64,000 nt of DNA. Source: an uncultured Actinomycetota bacterium. Its GTDB lineage: Bacteria; Actinomycetota; Actinomycetes; Mycobacteriales; Geodermatophilaceae. The notes under the pieces are model-generated. The model worked only from the letters and a program-made list of their open reading frames with translations. It was not told the DNA's origin and did not search any database. Numbering within the stretch: the stretch's first letter is position 1; every line of letters starts with the position of its first letter. Position numbers and translations under genes: made by a program. Where the stretch lies: positions 381 through 64,380 of the forward strand of contig CAWAQI010000001.1 in the NCBI GenBank assembly GCA_963784165.1, in the 5' to 3' direction. Shown here one piece after another: positions 21,284-29,685 of this stretch.

Positions 21284-22233
21284 GACGCCACCCCACCACC
21301 GGCGACCGCGTCGAGCAGCCCTCCGGTGTGCCAGAACAGTGCGGGACCGTCTCCGGCGACCGACGGCAGCACCGCCAGCGCCTTGGCCGTGTAGACCGGG
21401 TCGAGCACGAGCCCCTCCGTCCGCAGGGCCAGCGCAGAGGCGGACTCGCCGGCGGGGGAGGGCAGCCCGTGTCCCGGTCCGCGCGCGTCGACGAGCTCGA
21501 CGTCGTCCGCGGTCGGCTCGGCGCCGCCGTGGCGCCGGGCCACGGCGACGGCCAGGTCCAGCACCCGGCCGGCCACCTCGTCGGGCGGCCGGCTCACCGA
21601 CGCCCCGACGATCCGCAGCGGACGCCCGCGGGCGACGTTGCCCGCGACGAGGCCCGCCAGCGTGCCGCCCGCTCCCGCGGCGATCACCACCACCGGACGC
21701 CGCCCGTCCAGCTGGGCGAGCAGCTCGTCGACCGCCGTCCGGTACGCCTCCGCGCCGACCGGTGAGGCGCCGCCGCGCGGCATGACGTACGGCCGCCCCC
21801 CGGCCGCGGCCAGCCCGTCGGCGGCGGCGGGCAGCGCCGCGTCGACCGACCCGCGGTCGGCGTCGTGCGTGAACCGGAGCTCGGCGCCCCAGGCGAGCGC
21901 CGCGGCCAGGTTCGGGTGCAGCGGCGGCACCGGCGGGTGCCCGGCGATCAGCAGCACGCAGCGCATCCCGGCCCACGCCGCCGCGGCGGCCGCGGCCTGC
22001 ACGAAGTTCGACCCGGCGGTGCCCCCGGTGACCAGGACGTCGGCGCCGACCGCCTGCGCGTCGGCGACCAGCGGCCGCAGCTGCCGCGCCTTGTTGCCGG
22101 CCACCGCGAACCCGGTCAGGTCGTCGCGCTTGACCAGCAGCGGGCCGGCCAGGCCGAGCGCGGCGGCCAGGCGGGGGGCCTCGACCAGCGGCGTCGGCAG
22201 CACGACGGGCAGTGCCCCGGGCAGCGCGGTCAC
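21280..22233 (-). CDS. PLP-dependent D-cysteine desulfhydrase/ACC deaminase family enzyme (XcbE-like candidate)
   Basis: PTPL, LLVKRDDLTG...GNK, SNF, G.GGTLAGL, EGLVLDPVYTAKA, FWHTGG. Confidence 0.85.
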   Translation of the reverse strand: MTALPGALPVVLPTPLVEAPRLAAALGLAGPLLVKRDDLTGFAVAGNKARQLRPLVADAQAVGADVLVTGGTAGSNFVQAAAAAAAWAGMRCVLLIAGHPPVPPLHPNLAAALAWGAELRFTHDADRGSVDAALPAAADGLAAAGGRPYVMPRGGASPVGAEAYRTAVDELLAQLDGRRPVVVIAAGAGGTLAGLVAGNVARGRPLRIVGASVSRPPDEVAGRVLDLAVAVARRHGGAEPTADDVELVDARGPGHGLPSPAGESASALALRTEGLVLDPVYTAKALAVLPSVAGDGPALFWHTGGLLDAVAGGGVAS

Positions 22234-23552
22234 GAACCGCTCCGGTGCCGGGCCACGACGAGCTCGACCATCTCGCCGCAGCAGCCGGCCGACGGCGTCA
22301 TCGCCGCGGCCTCGTCCGCTCCCAGCAGACCGGCATCCACCAGCGTCTCGGTCATCGGCCGGCCGTCGCGCCGCCCGGCGGCGAGCGCCGACTGCAGCGC
22401 CGCTCGCGCTGCGTGCCGGCCGAGCCGCTCGGTGAGCACCGCCAGCACCTGCTCGCTGCCCGTGTAGGAGTCGAGGTTGCGCCGCATCGCCGCCTCGTCG
22501 ACCTCCAGCCCGGCGAGCAGGTCGGCGCCCATCGCGCAGGCGGCCGACGCGAGCAGGCAGACCTCCGGCAGCGCCACCCACTCGGCCTTCCAGCTGCGCC
22601 CGTCGCGCTCGTGCACCCCGCTCATGCCCTCCATCAGCACCGCCGCCGAGGCGCGGGCCAGCCGGGCGAGGGTGTCGAGGTGCTCGCTGCGCTCGGGGTT
22701 GCGCTTGTGCGGCATCGTGATGCTGCCGACCACGCCCTCGGCCACCGGCTCGCGCACCTCGCCGATCTCGGGCCGCTGCAGCTCGAAGACCTCGTTGCCG
22801 ATCCGCGCGAGCGTGCCGGTCACCATCGCGAGCACGACGCCCACCTCGGCGATCCGGTCGCGGGCGGTCAGCCACGAGATGCCCGGGTCGGCCAGGCCGA
22901 GCTCCGCGCAGAACCGGCGGCGGACGGCGATCGTGTTCGGCGCCGCCAGCGACCCCACGCCGCCGCCGAGCTGACCGACCAGCCAGCGCGGGGAACCCTC
23001 GTCGAGCCGGTCGAGGTGCCGGCGCAGCTCGTCGGCCCACGACGCGGCTTTCCAGCCGAAGGTCACCGGCGAGCCGGGCTGGCCGTGGGTGCGGCCGGCC
23101 ATCAGGGTGTCGCGGTGGCGCTGCGCCAGGTCGAGCGCGGCGCCCTCGGCGCGCTGCAGGTCGCCGCGCAGCTCGGCCAGCACGGTGCGCAGCGCGGTCG
23201 CCGTCCAGGTGTCGGTGAGGTCCTGCACCGTCGCGCCGACGTACAGGTGCCGGTGCACGTCGTCGGGCAGCACGTCGGCCAGCGCCCGGATCAGCCCGAG
23301 CGTGCTGTGCCCGGTCTCGCGGGTGCCGGCCGCGACGGCGCCGAGGTCGAGCAGGTCGGCCTTCGCGTGCGCGGTGATCGCCTCGGCGGCCGCGGCCGGC
23401 ACGACGCCCTCGGCGGCCTGCGCCCGGGCCAGCGCGGCCAGCACCTCCAGCCAGCCCTGCAGCCGCCCGCGCTCCTCGAAGACCGCGCGCACCGCCGGGG
23501 TGCCCCAGAGGTGGCCGTACATCAGCGAGTCGCTGATGCGGGCGCCGGTCAC
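22230..23552 (-). CDS. Adenylosuccinate-lyase-like fumarase-superfamily lyase (XcbD-like candidate)
   Basis: GATVQD, MAGRTHGQ, GGGVGS, GSITMPHKRNPE, HERDG..W..EW. Confidence 0.82.
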   Translation of the reverse strand: MTGARISDSLMYGHLWGTPAVRAVFEERGRLQGWLEVLAALARAQAAEGVVPAAAAEAITAHAKADLLDLGAVAAGTRETGHSTLGLIRALADVLPDDVHRHLYVGATVQDLTDTWTATALRTVLAELRGDLQRAEGAALDLAQRHRDTLMAGRTHGQPGSPVTFGWKAASWADELRRHLDRLDEGSPRWLVGQLGGGVGSLAAPNTIAVRRRFCAELGLADPGISWLTARDRIAEVGVVLAMVTGTLARIGNEVFELQRPEIGEVREPVAEGVVGSITMPHKRNPERSEHLDTLARLARASAAVLMEGMSGVHERDGRSWKAEWVALPEVCLLASAACAMGADLLAGLEVDEAAMRRNLDSYTGSEQVLAVLTERLGRHAARAALQSALAAGRRDGRPMTETLVDAGLLGADEAAAMTPSAGCCGEMVELVVARHRSGS

Positions 23553-24451
23553 GACCGGTCCCCGGACGTGCCCAGCGACACCGCCGACGCCAGGCCCTGC
23601 CGCAGCTCGCCGAACGAGGCGCCCCACGGGGTGACCACCGTCCGCCCGTCGACCTCGACCCGGTCCTCGAGCAGGCAGCACTTGGTCAGCACCACCTCGC
23701 CGTCGGGCACCTCGGCGCGGGCGGCCAGCACCCGCGGGCACATGTCGACCTGCCGGACCCCGACGCCGGGCGAGGGGTCCCCGTAGAAGAAGTCGTGGAT
23801 GGCCCGCGACCGGGCGCAGCCGACCAGCGTCCAGTCGGCCCGCGGCGGAACCTCGTCGAGGTAGGCCACGTGGGCTCCCTCGACCGCCATGCCGCCGCCC
23901 CGGCACGGGAAGAGATAGGTGCCGGCCGGCTCGGCCGGCAGCAGCGAGGCGAGCTCCACGACGTGCGGCACGAGTTCGACGCCGGTCAGGTCGTCGGCGG
24001 TCTCCAGCACCCGTTCCAGCTGGTCGACCAGCTTGGCCGGGTGCGGCGGGACGACGTCGAGCACGTGCACCCGCACCGGCGCGGGGTCGAGCACGAACGA
24101 GACGTGGCCGTAGCGCCCCTCGACGACGACGCACCGCGCGCCGGGGGCGTCGGCCAGGGCCACGGCCGACAGCGCGCTCGGCACCGCGGTGTCGACGTCC
24201 GGACGGCGCAGGTACGCCGTCTCGGCCGGCCCGGCCAGCAGCACCACGTCGTCCACGGCCGAGAACAGCCCCGTGGTCTCGCCGCGCACCAGCTGGACCA
24301 GTGCGGTCTGGGCACCGTTGCGGACCACCACGTGGTCGCTGCGCCGGTACACCGGCCGGGAGGTCAGCAGCGCCCGCAGCGCTCCGGCCTCCAGCGGGAC
24401 GTCGACGTCGGTGACCGACACCTCCCGGTAGCGGTCGGGGTACACGGTCAC
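23549..24451 (-). CDS. Uncharacterised Cys-rich protein (~300 aa) in the comA operon
   Basis: GTGA overlaps at both ends; protein-like composition; Cys motifs LFPC, VGCARS, DMCP, TKCCLLE. Confidence 0.7.
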   Translation of the reverse strand: MTVYPDRYREVSVTDVDVPLEAGALRALLTSRPVYRRSDHVVVRNGAQTALVQLVRGETTGLFSAVDDVVLLAGPAETAYLRRPDVDTAVPSALSAVALADAPGARCVVVEGRYGHVSFVLDPAPVRVHVLDVVPPHPAKLVDQLERVLETADDLTGVELVPHVVELASLLPAEPAGTYLFPCRGGGMAVEGAHVAYLDEVPPRADWTLVGCARSRAIHDFFYGDPSPGVGVRQVDMCPRVLAARAEVPDGEVVLTKCCLLEDRVEVDGRTVVTPWGASFGELRQGLASAVSLGTSGDRS

Positions 24452-25215
24452 CGCGGCACCCCCAGGCCGAACGTGTCGGCGCGCAGGCCGAGCCGCAGCG
24501 CCTCCACCCCGAGCACCTCGGCCGGCGCGAGGTTGCCCAGCCCGACGTCGGCGCCGAACCGGCGCACCAGCCACGCCTGCTGCTCCTTGCGGGGCGCCTC
24601 GAAGACCACGCACTCCCGGCCGACGGCCGCGACCACCGCGTCGGCGACCTCCGCCCGCACGTCGCCGGACCCGGTGAACAGGCCGACCGTGCCGCTCTCC
24701 CGGCCCTCGGTGACCACCCACTCCGCCCCGGCCTCCCGGTCGGCGCGTGCCGCGGCCGCCCAGGCCTCGGGGGTGACCGGCGCCGCCGGATCCTTCGACC
24801 CGATCTCGGCCACCACGACGAACCGCGCGGCGACCGCCTGGATCAGGCTCGCCTTCTCCCGCGCGCCGATCGGCGCCACGCCGCTGGACACCTCCACGCA
24901 CGGGAAACCGAGGTCCGCCGCCCACGCGAGGTACTCGGCGACGACCCCCTGGTGCCAGGCGACCTCCAGCAGCGTGCCGCCGGTGCACGCCACCACGTCG
25001 TGGTCGCGCAGCACCCGCAGCTTCGCCGGCAGCCCCGGGTCGAGGTAGGCGGTGCCCCAGCCGAACTTCCAGACGTCGACGTAGGCGCCGCAGACGCCGA
25101 GCGCTGCGGTCATCTCCTCGACGGGCAGGCCCTTGTCGAGCACGTGGGTGAGCCCCTGCCGTCGCGGCTTGCGCGAGCGGAACGGCACCCTGAGGAAGTC
25201 CGGGGCGGTATTCAC
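24448..25215 (-). CDS. comA: Phosphosulfolactate synthase (ComA/XcbB)
   Basis: KPR..GLT.VLDKG, KFGWGT, GGTLLE, EVSSG, EIGSK, EGRESG, FEAP, LGNL, EALRLGLRADT; start codon uncertain (25215 or 25227). Confidence 0.92.
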   Translation of the reverse strand: MNTAPDFLRVPFRSRKPRRQGLTHVLDKGLPVEEMTAALGVCGAYVDVWKFGWGTAYLDPGLPAKLRVLRDHDVVACTGGTLLEVAWHQGVVAEYLAWAADLGFPCVEVSSGVAPIGAREKASLIQAVAARFVVVAEIGSKDPAAPVTPEAWAAAARADREAGAEWVVTEGRESGTVGLFTGSGDVRAEVADAVVAAVGRECVVFEAPRKEQQAWLVRRFGADVGLGNLAPAEVLGVEALRLGLRADTFGLGVPR

Positions 25216-25227
25216 TACAGGAAACAC
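25210..25227. promoter_or_regulatory. Cluster operator-like site 1 (ATTCACTACAGGAAACAC)
   Basis: Nearly identical to the site at 27920; lies in the short divergent comA/AIR-synthase gap. Confidence 0.6.
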
Positions 25228-25244
25228 CGCCCGACCGACGGGAG

Positions 25245-26198
25245 ATGCTCATGGCCGACCTCGAAGCCCTCGCCGAGCGGCTGCGGGCGCTGCCCGGGGT
25301 GCTCGCCAAGGCCGACATCGGACTGGTCGCGGAGGTGCTCGGCGACGGCGACTGGTACGCCGGGCCCGGCGACGACGGGGCGGTGCTCCCCGACGGCCCG
25401 GGGTCGGTCGTGGCCGGTGGCGAGGCGATCCTGCCGGCGTTCGTGGCCGCCGATCCCTACGGCGCGGGCATCGCCGCGGTGCTCACGAACGTCAACGACC
25501 TGGCCGCCATGGGTGCGCGGCCGGTGGCCCTGCTCGACACCGTGGTCGGCCCCGAGGACGTCATCCGGGAGGTCCTGCGCGGCATGCGCTGGGCCGCAGC
25601 GCGCTACGACGTCCCGATCGTCGGAGGCCACCTGACCCGCACCGCCGGCCCGCCGGCCCTGTCGGCGTTCGGCATCGGCCGCGCCGAGCGGGTGCTGTCG
25701 GCCACCGCGGCGGCGGCCGGGCAGGTGCTCGTGCTCGGCTGCTGCCTCGACGGCGCCATGCGCGCGGACTTCCCGTTCTTCCGCTCCTTCGAGCAGCGGG
25801 GCGACCGGCTCGCCGGCGACGTCCGGCTGCTCGCCGACCTGGCCGACTCGGGCGCGGCGGTGGCCGCCAAGGACGTGAGCATGGCCGGGCTGGTCGGCTC
25901 GCTGGCCATGCTGCTCGAGCACGGGCGGCTGGGCGTGACCGTCGACCTCGACGTCCTGCCCGTGCCCGAGGGCGTCCCGATGGCCGACTGGCTGGGCTGC
26001 TTCCCGGCCTACGCCTTCCTGCTCACGACGCCGCCGGAGCGCGTGGCCGACTGCCTCGCCGGGTTCGCCGGCCGCGGCCTGGCCGCGGCGGCGATCGGCG
26101 AGCTCGACGGCACCGGCGAGGTGCGGCTGGCCCGTGCCGGCGAGCGGGTGACCGTCTTCGACCTCCGCCGGGAGGGCGTCACCAACCTGCGCAGCTGA
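25245..26198 (+). CDS. AIR-synthase/SelD-like protein (sll0787/MSMEG_0567 C-terminal type)
   Basis: GDDGA, DPY.AG...V..NVNDLAAMG..P, PIVGGH, AAKDVSMAG..G.L.ML.E. Confidence 0.85.
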   Translation: MLMADLEALAERLRALPGVLAKADIGLVAEVLGDGDWYAGPGDDGAVLPDGPGSVVAGGEAILPAFVAADPYGAGIAAVLTNVNDLAAMGARPVALLDTVVGPEDVIREVLRGMRWAAARYDVPIVGGHLTRTAGPPALSAFGIGRAERVLSATAAAAGQVLVLGCCLDGAMRADFPFFRSFEQRGDRLAGDVRLLADLADSGAAVAAKDVSMAGLVGSLAMLLEHGRLGVTVDLDVLPVPEGVPMADWLGCFPAYAFLLTTPPERVADCLAGFAGRGLAAAAIGELDGTGEVRLARAGERVTVFDLRREGVTNLRS

Positions 26199-26218
26199 CC
26201 GGCTCGCGCCTTTCTGTG

Positions 26219-26722
26219 TCACAGCGGGATCGACATCCACTGGTGCGGCATGCCGAGGTGGTCGGCCGGCGGGGCGGTCGGCGTCCAGCCCAGGTGCACG
26301 AAGAACGCGACGTTGGGCAGCTGGACCCGGGCCTGCATGCGGGTGCCGCCGCGCTGGCCGGCGGTCGCCACGGCCAGCCGGACGAGCCGGCCTCCGATCC
26401 GGCTGCGCCGGGCCTCGGGCAGGACGGCGAGCCGGTCACCGTGCCAGAGACCGCCGTACAGCGGGTAGAGGCGCACGGTGCCGGCGGGCAGCCCGTCGAC
26501 GAACCCCACCACGTGCACCGTGGCCGGGTCGTCGTCGTAGGCGTCCCGGTCGGTTCCGTCGAACAGGGCCTGTTCCTCGACGAACACCGCATGCCGGATG
26601 CGCAGGTGCTCGGCCAGTTCGGCGGCGTCGAGCACCGGTCGGCAACCGTCGGCCGGCGCCGGTGCCCGCGCTGCCCGGGCCGGGGCGTCAGCCGACGACG
26701 GGAAGGGCCGGACGTCCGTCAC
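26219..26722 (-). CDS. GNAT acetyltransferase (sll0786/MSMEG_0567 N-terminal type)
   Basis: IRHAVFVEEQ.LF...DRD..D, GTVRLY, W.G.RLAV, A.VQ..NV.FF..LGW, PH..M. Confidence 0.88.
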   Translation of the reverse strand: MTDVRPFPSSADAPARAARAPAPADGCRPVLDAAELAEHLRIRHAVFVEEQALFDGTDRDAYDDDPATVHVVGFVDGLPAGTVRLYPLYGGLWHGDRLAVLPEARRSRIGGRLVRLAVATAGQRGGTRMQARVQLPNVAFFVHLGWTPTAPPADHLGMPHQWMSIPL

Positions 26723-27869
26723 GGATTCCCCTGTCCGAGCGCTCGAACGCGCCGAGACCCGAGCACGCCTGGCAGCGCGCGCAGCCGGCGACGACGTTCG
26801 CCGACGACAGGCCCCGCGCGAGCAGTTGCGGCACGATCCGGCGGTACACGGCCTCGACCGCCTCGCGCGGCGGCGGCGAGAAGTCCGCCATCAGGCTGCC
26901 CGGCACCGGCCGCAGCGGGACGACGAACGGGTAGACGCCGAGATCGATGGCGCGCCGGCAGCCCTCGAGGGTGACGTCGACGTCCTCGCCCATGCCGAGG
27001 ATCACGTAGGTGGACACCTGCCCCGGCCCGAACGCGGCGACCGCGCGCTCCCACGCGGCGAAGTAGGCCTCGATGCCCCAGCGGGCCTTGCCCGGGGCCA
27101 CCCGGGCCAGCACCGCGGGGTCGAACGACTCGACGTGGATGCCGACGGAGTCGATCCCGAGGTCGGCCACCCGGTCGATCACGTCGAGGTCGGACGGCGG
27201 CTCGAACTGCACCTGCACCGGCAGGCCCGCCGCCTCCTTCACCGCGGCGCCGCAGCGGGACACGTACATCGCGCCGCGGTCGGGGGTGGCGGTGCTGCCC
27301 GTGGTCAGGGTCGCGTCGACCGCGCCGTCGAGGTCCCGGGCGGCGACGGCCACCTCCGCGAGCATGGCCGGGGTCTTCTTGGCGATGGTGCGCCCGGCAG
27401 CGAGCGAGACGCCGATGCCGCAGAACCGGCACTGGTCGGCGGTGCCCCAGTAGGTGCAGGTCTGCAGCACGGTGCTGGCCAGCGAGTCGAGGTGCAGCAG
27501 CGCGATCTGCCAGTACGGGATGCCGGCCTCGGTCGCGAGGTCGTAGAACCGGGGCCGCGGCGCGGGGGAGGCCGAGGCCAGCCGCTCGCCGTCGCGGTAC
27601 ACAGCCCACCCGCCGTCGTCCTCACCGCGCAGCACGTAGGGCGAGGAGGCGACGTAGGCCGCGGCGGTGGGCACCGTCGCCGCCACGCCCTCGATGTGCA
27701 GCATGCCGGCGTCGGCCGGTCCGGCGCCGCCGGTGCGGGTGTCCATGGGCACCTCGACGCGCAGACCTGCGCTCTGCAGGGCGGTGATGAGCCGGGCGAC
27801 GTCCTCGGCGGACGGTGGCGCGTCCGGCACCCGGGCCGCGATGGCGCCCGGCTCGGCGACGACGGTCAT
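26688..27869 (-). CDS. Radical SAM protein, MSMEG_0568/sll0785 family
   Basis: GGAGP.D, P.FYDL.T..GIPY..IALLH, LASTVLQTC, CX8CX2C (CTYWGTADQCRFC), GVYPFVVP.RP, C-terminal CARCQACS; GGAGGA RBS before ATG 27869. Confidence 0.92.
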   Translation of the reverse strand: MTVVAEPGAIAARVPDAPPSAEDVARLITALQSAGLRVEVPMDTRTGGAGPADAGMLHIEGVAATVPTAAAYVASSPYVLRGEDDGGWAVYRDGERLASASPAPRPRFYDLATEAGIPYWQIALLHLDSLASTVLQTCTYWGTADQCRFCGIGVSLAAGRTIAKKTPAMLAEVAVAARDLDGAVDATLTTGSTATPDRGAMYVSRCGAAVKEAAGLPVQVQFEPPSDLDVIDRVADLGIDSVGIHVESFDPAVLARVAPGKARWGIEAYFAAWERAVAAFGPGQVSTYVILGMGEDVDVTLEGCRRAIDLGVYPFVVPLRPVPGSLMADFSPPPREAVEAVYRRIVPQLLARGLSSANVVAGCARCQACSGLGAFERSDRGIRDGRPALPVVG

Positions 27870-27919
27870 GCGCGTCCTCCTCGGGGGGCCGGCGGAGGCG
27901 CCTGCGGGGGACCGCGGGC

Positions 27920-27937
27920 GTTCACTATGGGAAACAC
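27920..27937. promoter_or_regulatory. Cluster operator-like site 2 (GTTCACTATGGGAAACAC)
   Basis: 15 of 17 nt identical to 25211-25227; upstream of the radical SAM gene; next to a CTTGAC..GTCAAG inverted repeat. Confidence 0.62.
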
Positions 27938-27958
27938 TTGACGTGACCGTCGTCACTG

Positions 27959-28630
27959 TCAAGGGGCACCATCGCCGTCCCGATATCGGACGGCGGCCGC
28001 GTCGCGCGTCCGTGCGTCGGGAAACGTGGCCACCTCGGGCGCGCCGGGTTCCGAACCCACGGCGCCGGTGCCGAGGTCGAGGTGGAGCGCGCGCACCTGG
28101 TGCACGACGCCCCGGAAGTCGTCGTCCGGAACGGTCGTGACCAGCACCGCCCGGCCGGTTCCCGCTTCCACCTCGATCCGCGAGTACGGCAGGAACGGAT
28201 CTCCCTCGGGAGCGCCGGTCTCCTCGACGACCACCCACGACTGCCCGGCCCGTCGGCCCTCCGCGAGCCGGTGCAGCCGGCGCAGCGCCGCCTGCTCGCC
28301 GCGGACCTCGCGGTAGCGCAGCGCCAGAGCGGCCCGGGCGATGACGTCGGGGTCCATGTCGCCCGGGGAGATGCCGCTGTCGTCGACCACGGCGGCCACC
28401 AGTCGCGGTCCGCGCTCGGCGGCGGCCACGAGCGCGCTCGTCCCGCCGCCGAGCAGCCGGAGGTGATCGGCGGTGCGTCGCACCAGGTGGATCACCCGCT
28501 CGTAGAGGTCGGGCCGCTCGACGACCGTCGAGTAGGCGGCCGTCTCGGCCTGCTGCCAGGCGGCGAGGAGGGCCGCCGGCACCGGCTCGTCGTCGACGGC
28601 CGGAAGTGGGTCGGTGCCGTCGCTGTTCAT
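27959..28630 (-). CDS. Uncharacterised protein (223 aa) within the cluster
   Basis: GAGGAG RBS, protein-like ORF that fills the gap; no family recognised. Confidence 0.65.
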   Translation of the reverse strand: MNSDGTDPLPAVDDEPVPAALLAAWQQAETAAYSTVVERPDLYERVIHLVRRTADHLRLLGGGTSALVAAAERGPRLVAAVVDDSGISPGDMDPDVIARAALALRYREVRGEQAALRRLHRLAEGRRAGQSWVVVEETGAPEGDPFLPYSRIEVEAGTGRAVLVTTVPDDDFRGVVHQVRALHLDLGTGAVGSEPGAPEVATFPDARTRDAAAVRYRDGDGAP

Positions 28631-28650
28631 TGCGCTCCTCGGTGCCGGAG

Positions 28651-28666
28651 GTTCACCATCATGGAC
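28651..28666. promoter_or_regulatory. Cluster operator-like site 3 (GTTCACCATCATGGAC)
   Basis: Matches the GTTCAC-N4-GTGAAC pseudo-palindrome; in the divergent gap before carbamate kinase. Confidence 0.5.
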
Positions 28667-28713
28667 ATGCCGTGTCCTATCCGATGCGTCTTCGGTCGCG
28701 GGACCTCGGTCCG

Positions 28714-29685
28714 GTGACGGCTCAGCGCGGAATCGCAGTGGTGGCCGTGGGCGGCAATGCGCTCACCCGCGCCGACCAGCGCGGTGCCGCCGAGGAGATC
28801 TCCACCAACGCCGCGGAGGCGGCCGCGGCCCTCGTCCCGCTCGTGCGCAGCGGCCGCCCGGTCGTGGTCGTGCACGGCAACGGACCGCAGGTCGGCAACC
28901 TCGCTCTGCAGCAGGACGCCCTGGCCGACACGGTGCCTGCGCAGCCCCTGCACCAGCTCTCGGCCATGACGCAGGGGCAGCTCGGGGGCGTCCTCGTGCG
29001 GGCCATCGACGCCGAGTGCGGCGCCGGCGTGGCGGTCTGCGTCCTCACGCACGTCCTGGTCGATCCCGCCGATCCCGCCTTCGCCGCCCCCTCCAAGCCG
29101 ATCGGCCCGTTCCTGTCGGCCGGCGAGGCCGCCGCGCTGGCCCGCGACCGCGGCTGGGCGGTCGTCGAGGACGCCGGCCGCGGCCACCGCCGGGTCGTCC
29201 CCTCGCCGGAGCCGACGGGCGTGGTGGAGCTCGCCGCGGTGCGCAGCCTGCTGCAGGCCGGTCACGTCGTGCTCGCCGCGGGCGGGGGAGGCGTCGCGGT
29301 GGCGGCGCGCCCGGACGGTCGGCTCGACGCGCTCGACGCCGTGATCGACAAGGACCTGGCCGCCGCGGCGATCGCCACCGCGGTCGCGGCCGACGAGCTG
29401 TACCTGCTCACCGGGGTGGACTGCGTGCTGCTCGACCACGGCACCCCGCGCGAGCGGCCGGTGCACCGGCTCGATCCCGACGAGGCCGAGCGGTACCTGG
29501 CCGCGGGCCAGTTCCCGCCGGGCAGCATGGGCCCGAAGATCACCGCGGCCCTGGAGTTCGTGCGCGCCGGCGGACACCGCGCCATCATCACCTCCGCCGC
29601 GAGGCTGGCCGAGGCAGTCGCCGGCCGGAGCGGTGCCGGCACCCGGATCGAGCCCGCACCGCTGTCCGTGGCGGGCGCGCCGTGA
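28714..29685 (+). CDS. arcC: Carbamate kinase
   Basis: VAVGGNAL, HGNGPQVGNL, TQG.LG, DPAF..PSKPIGPF, RRVVPSP.P, GGGG, DAVIDKD, GSMGPK. Confidence 0.93.
   Translation: MTAQRGIAVVAVGGNALTRADQRGAAEEISTNAAEAAAALVPLVRSGRPVVVVHGNGPQVGNLALQQDALADTVPAQPLHQLSAMTQGQLGGVLVRAIDAECGAGVAVCVLTHVLVDPADPAFAAPSKPIGPFLSAGEAAALARDRGWAVVEDAGRGHRRVVPSPEPTGVVELAAVRSLLQAGHVVLAAGGGGVAVAARPDGRLDALDAVIDKDLAAAAIATAVAADELYLLTGVDCVLLDHGTPRERPVHRLDPDEAERYLAAGQFPPGSMGPKITAALEFVRAGGHRAIITSAARLAEAVAGRSGAGTRIEPAPLSVAGAP

Noticed and set aside
19781-23552. Housekeeping argH and purB (or pcaB)
   Set aside because: Divergent motifs, no arg/pur/pca neighbours, and tight coupling with comA and the PLP enzyme.
25210-27937. TTCAC...GAAAC sites as GlnR boxes
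   Set aside because: Tempting because the M. smegmatis homologous operon is GlnR-controlled, but the spacer here is 5 nt rather than the 6 nt of gTnAc-n6-GaAAc; a palindromic XRE-type site fits all five copies better. Not fully excluded.
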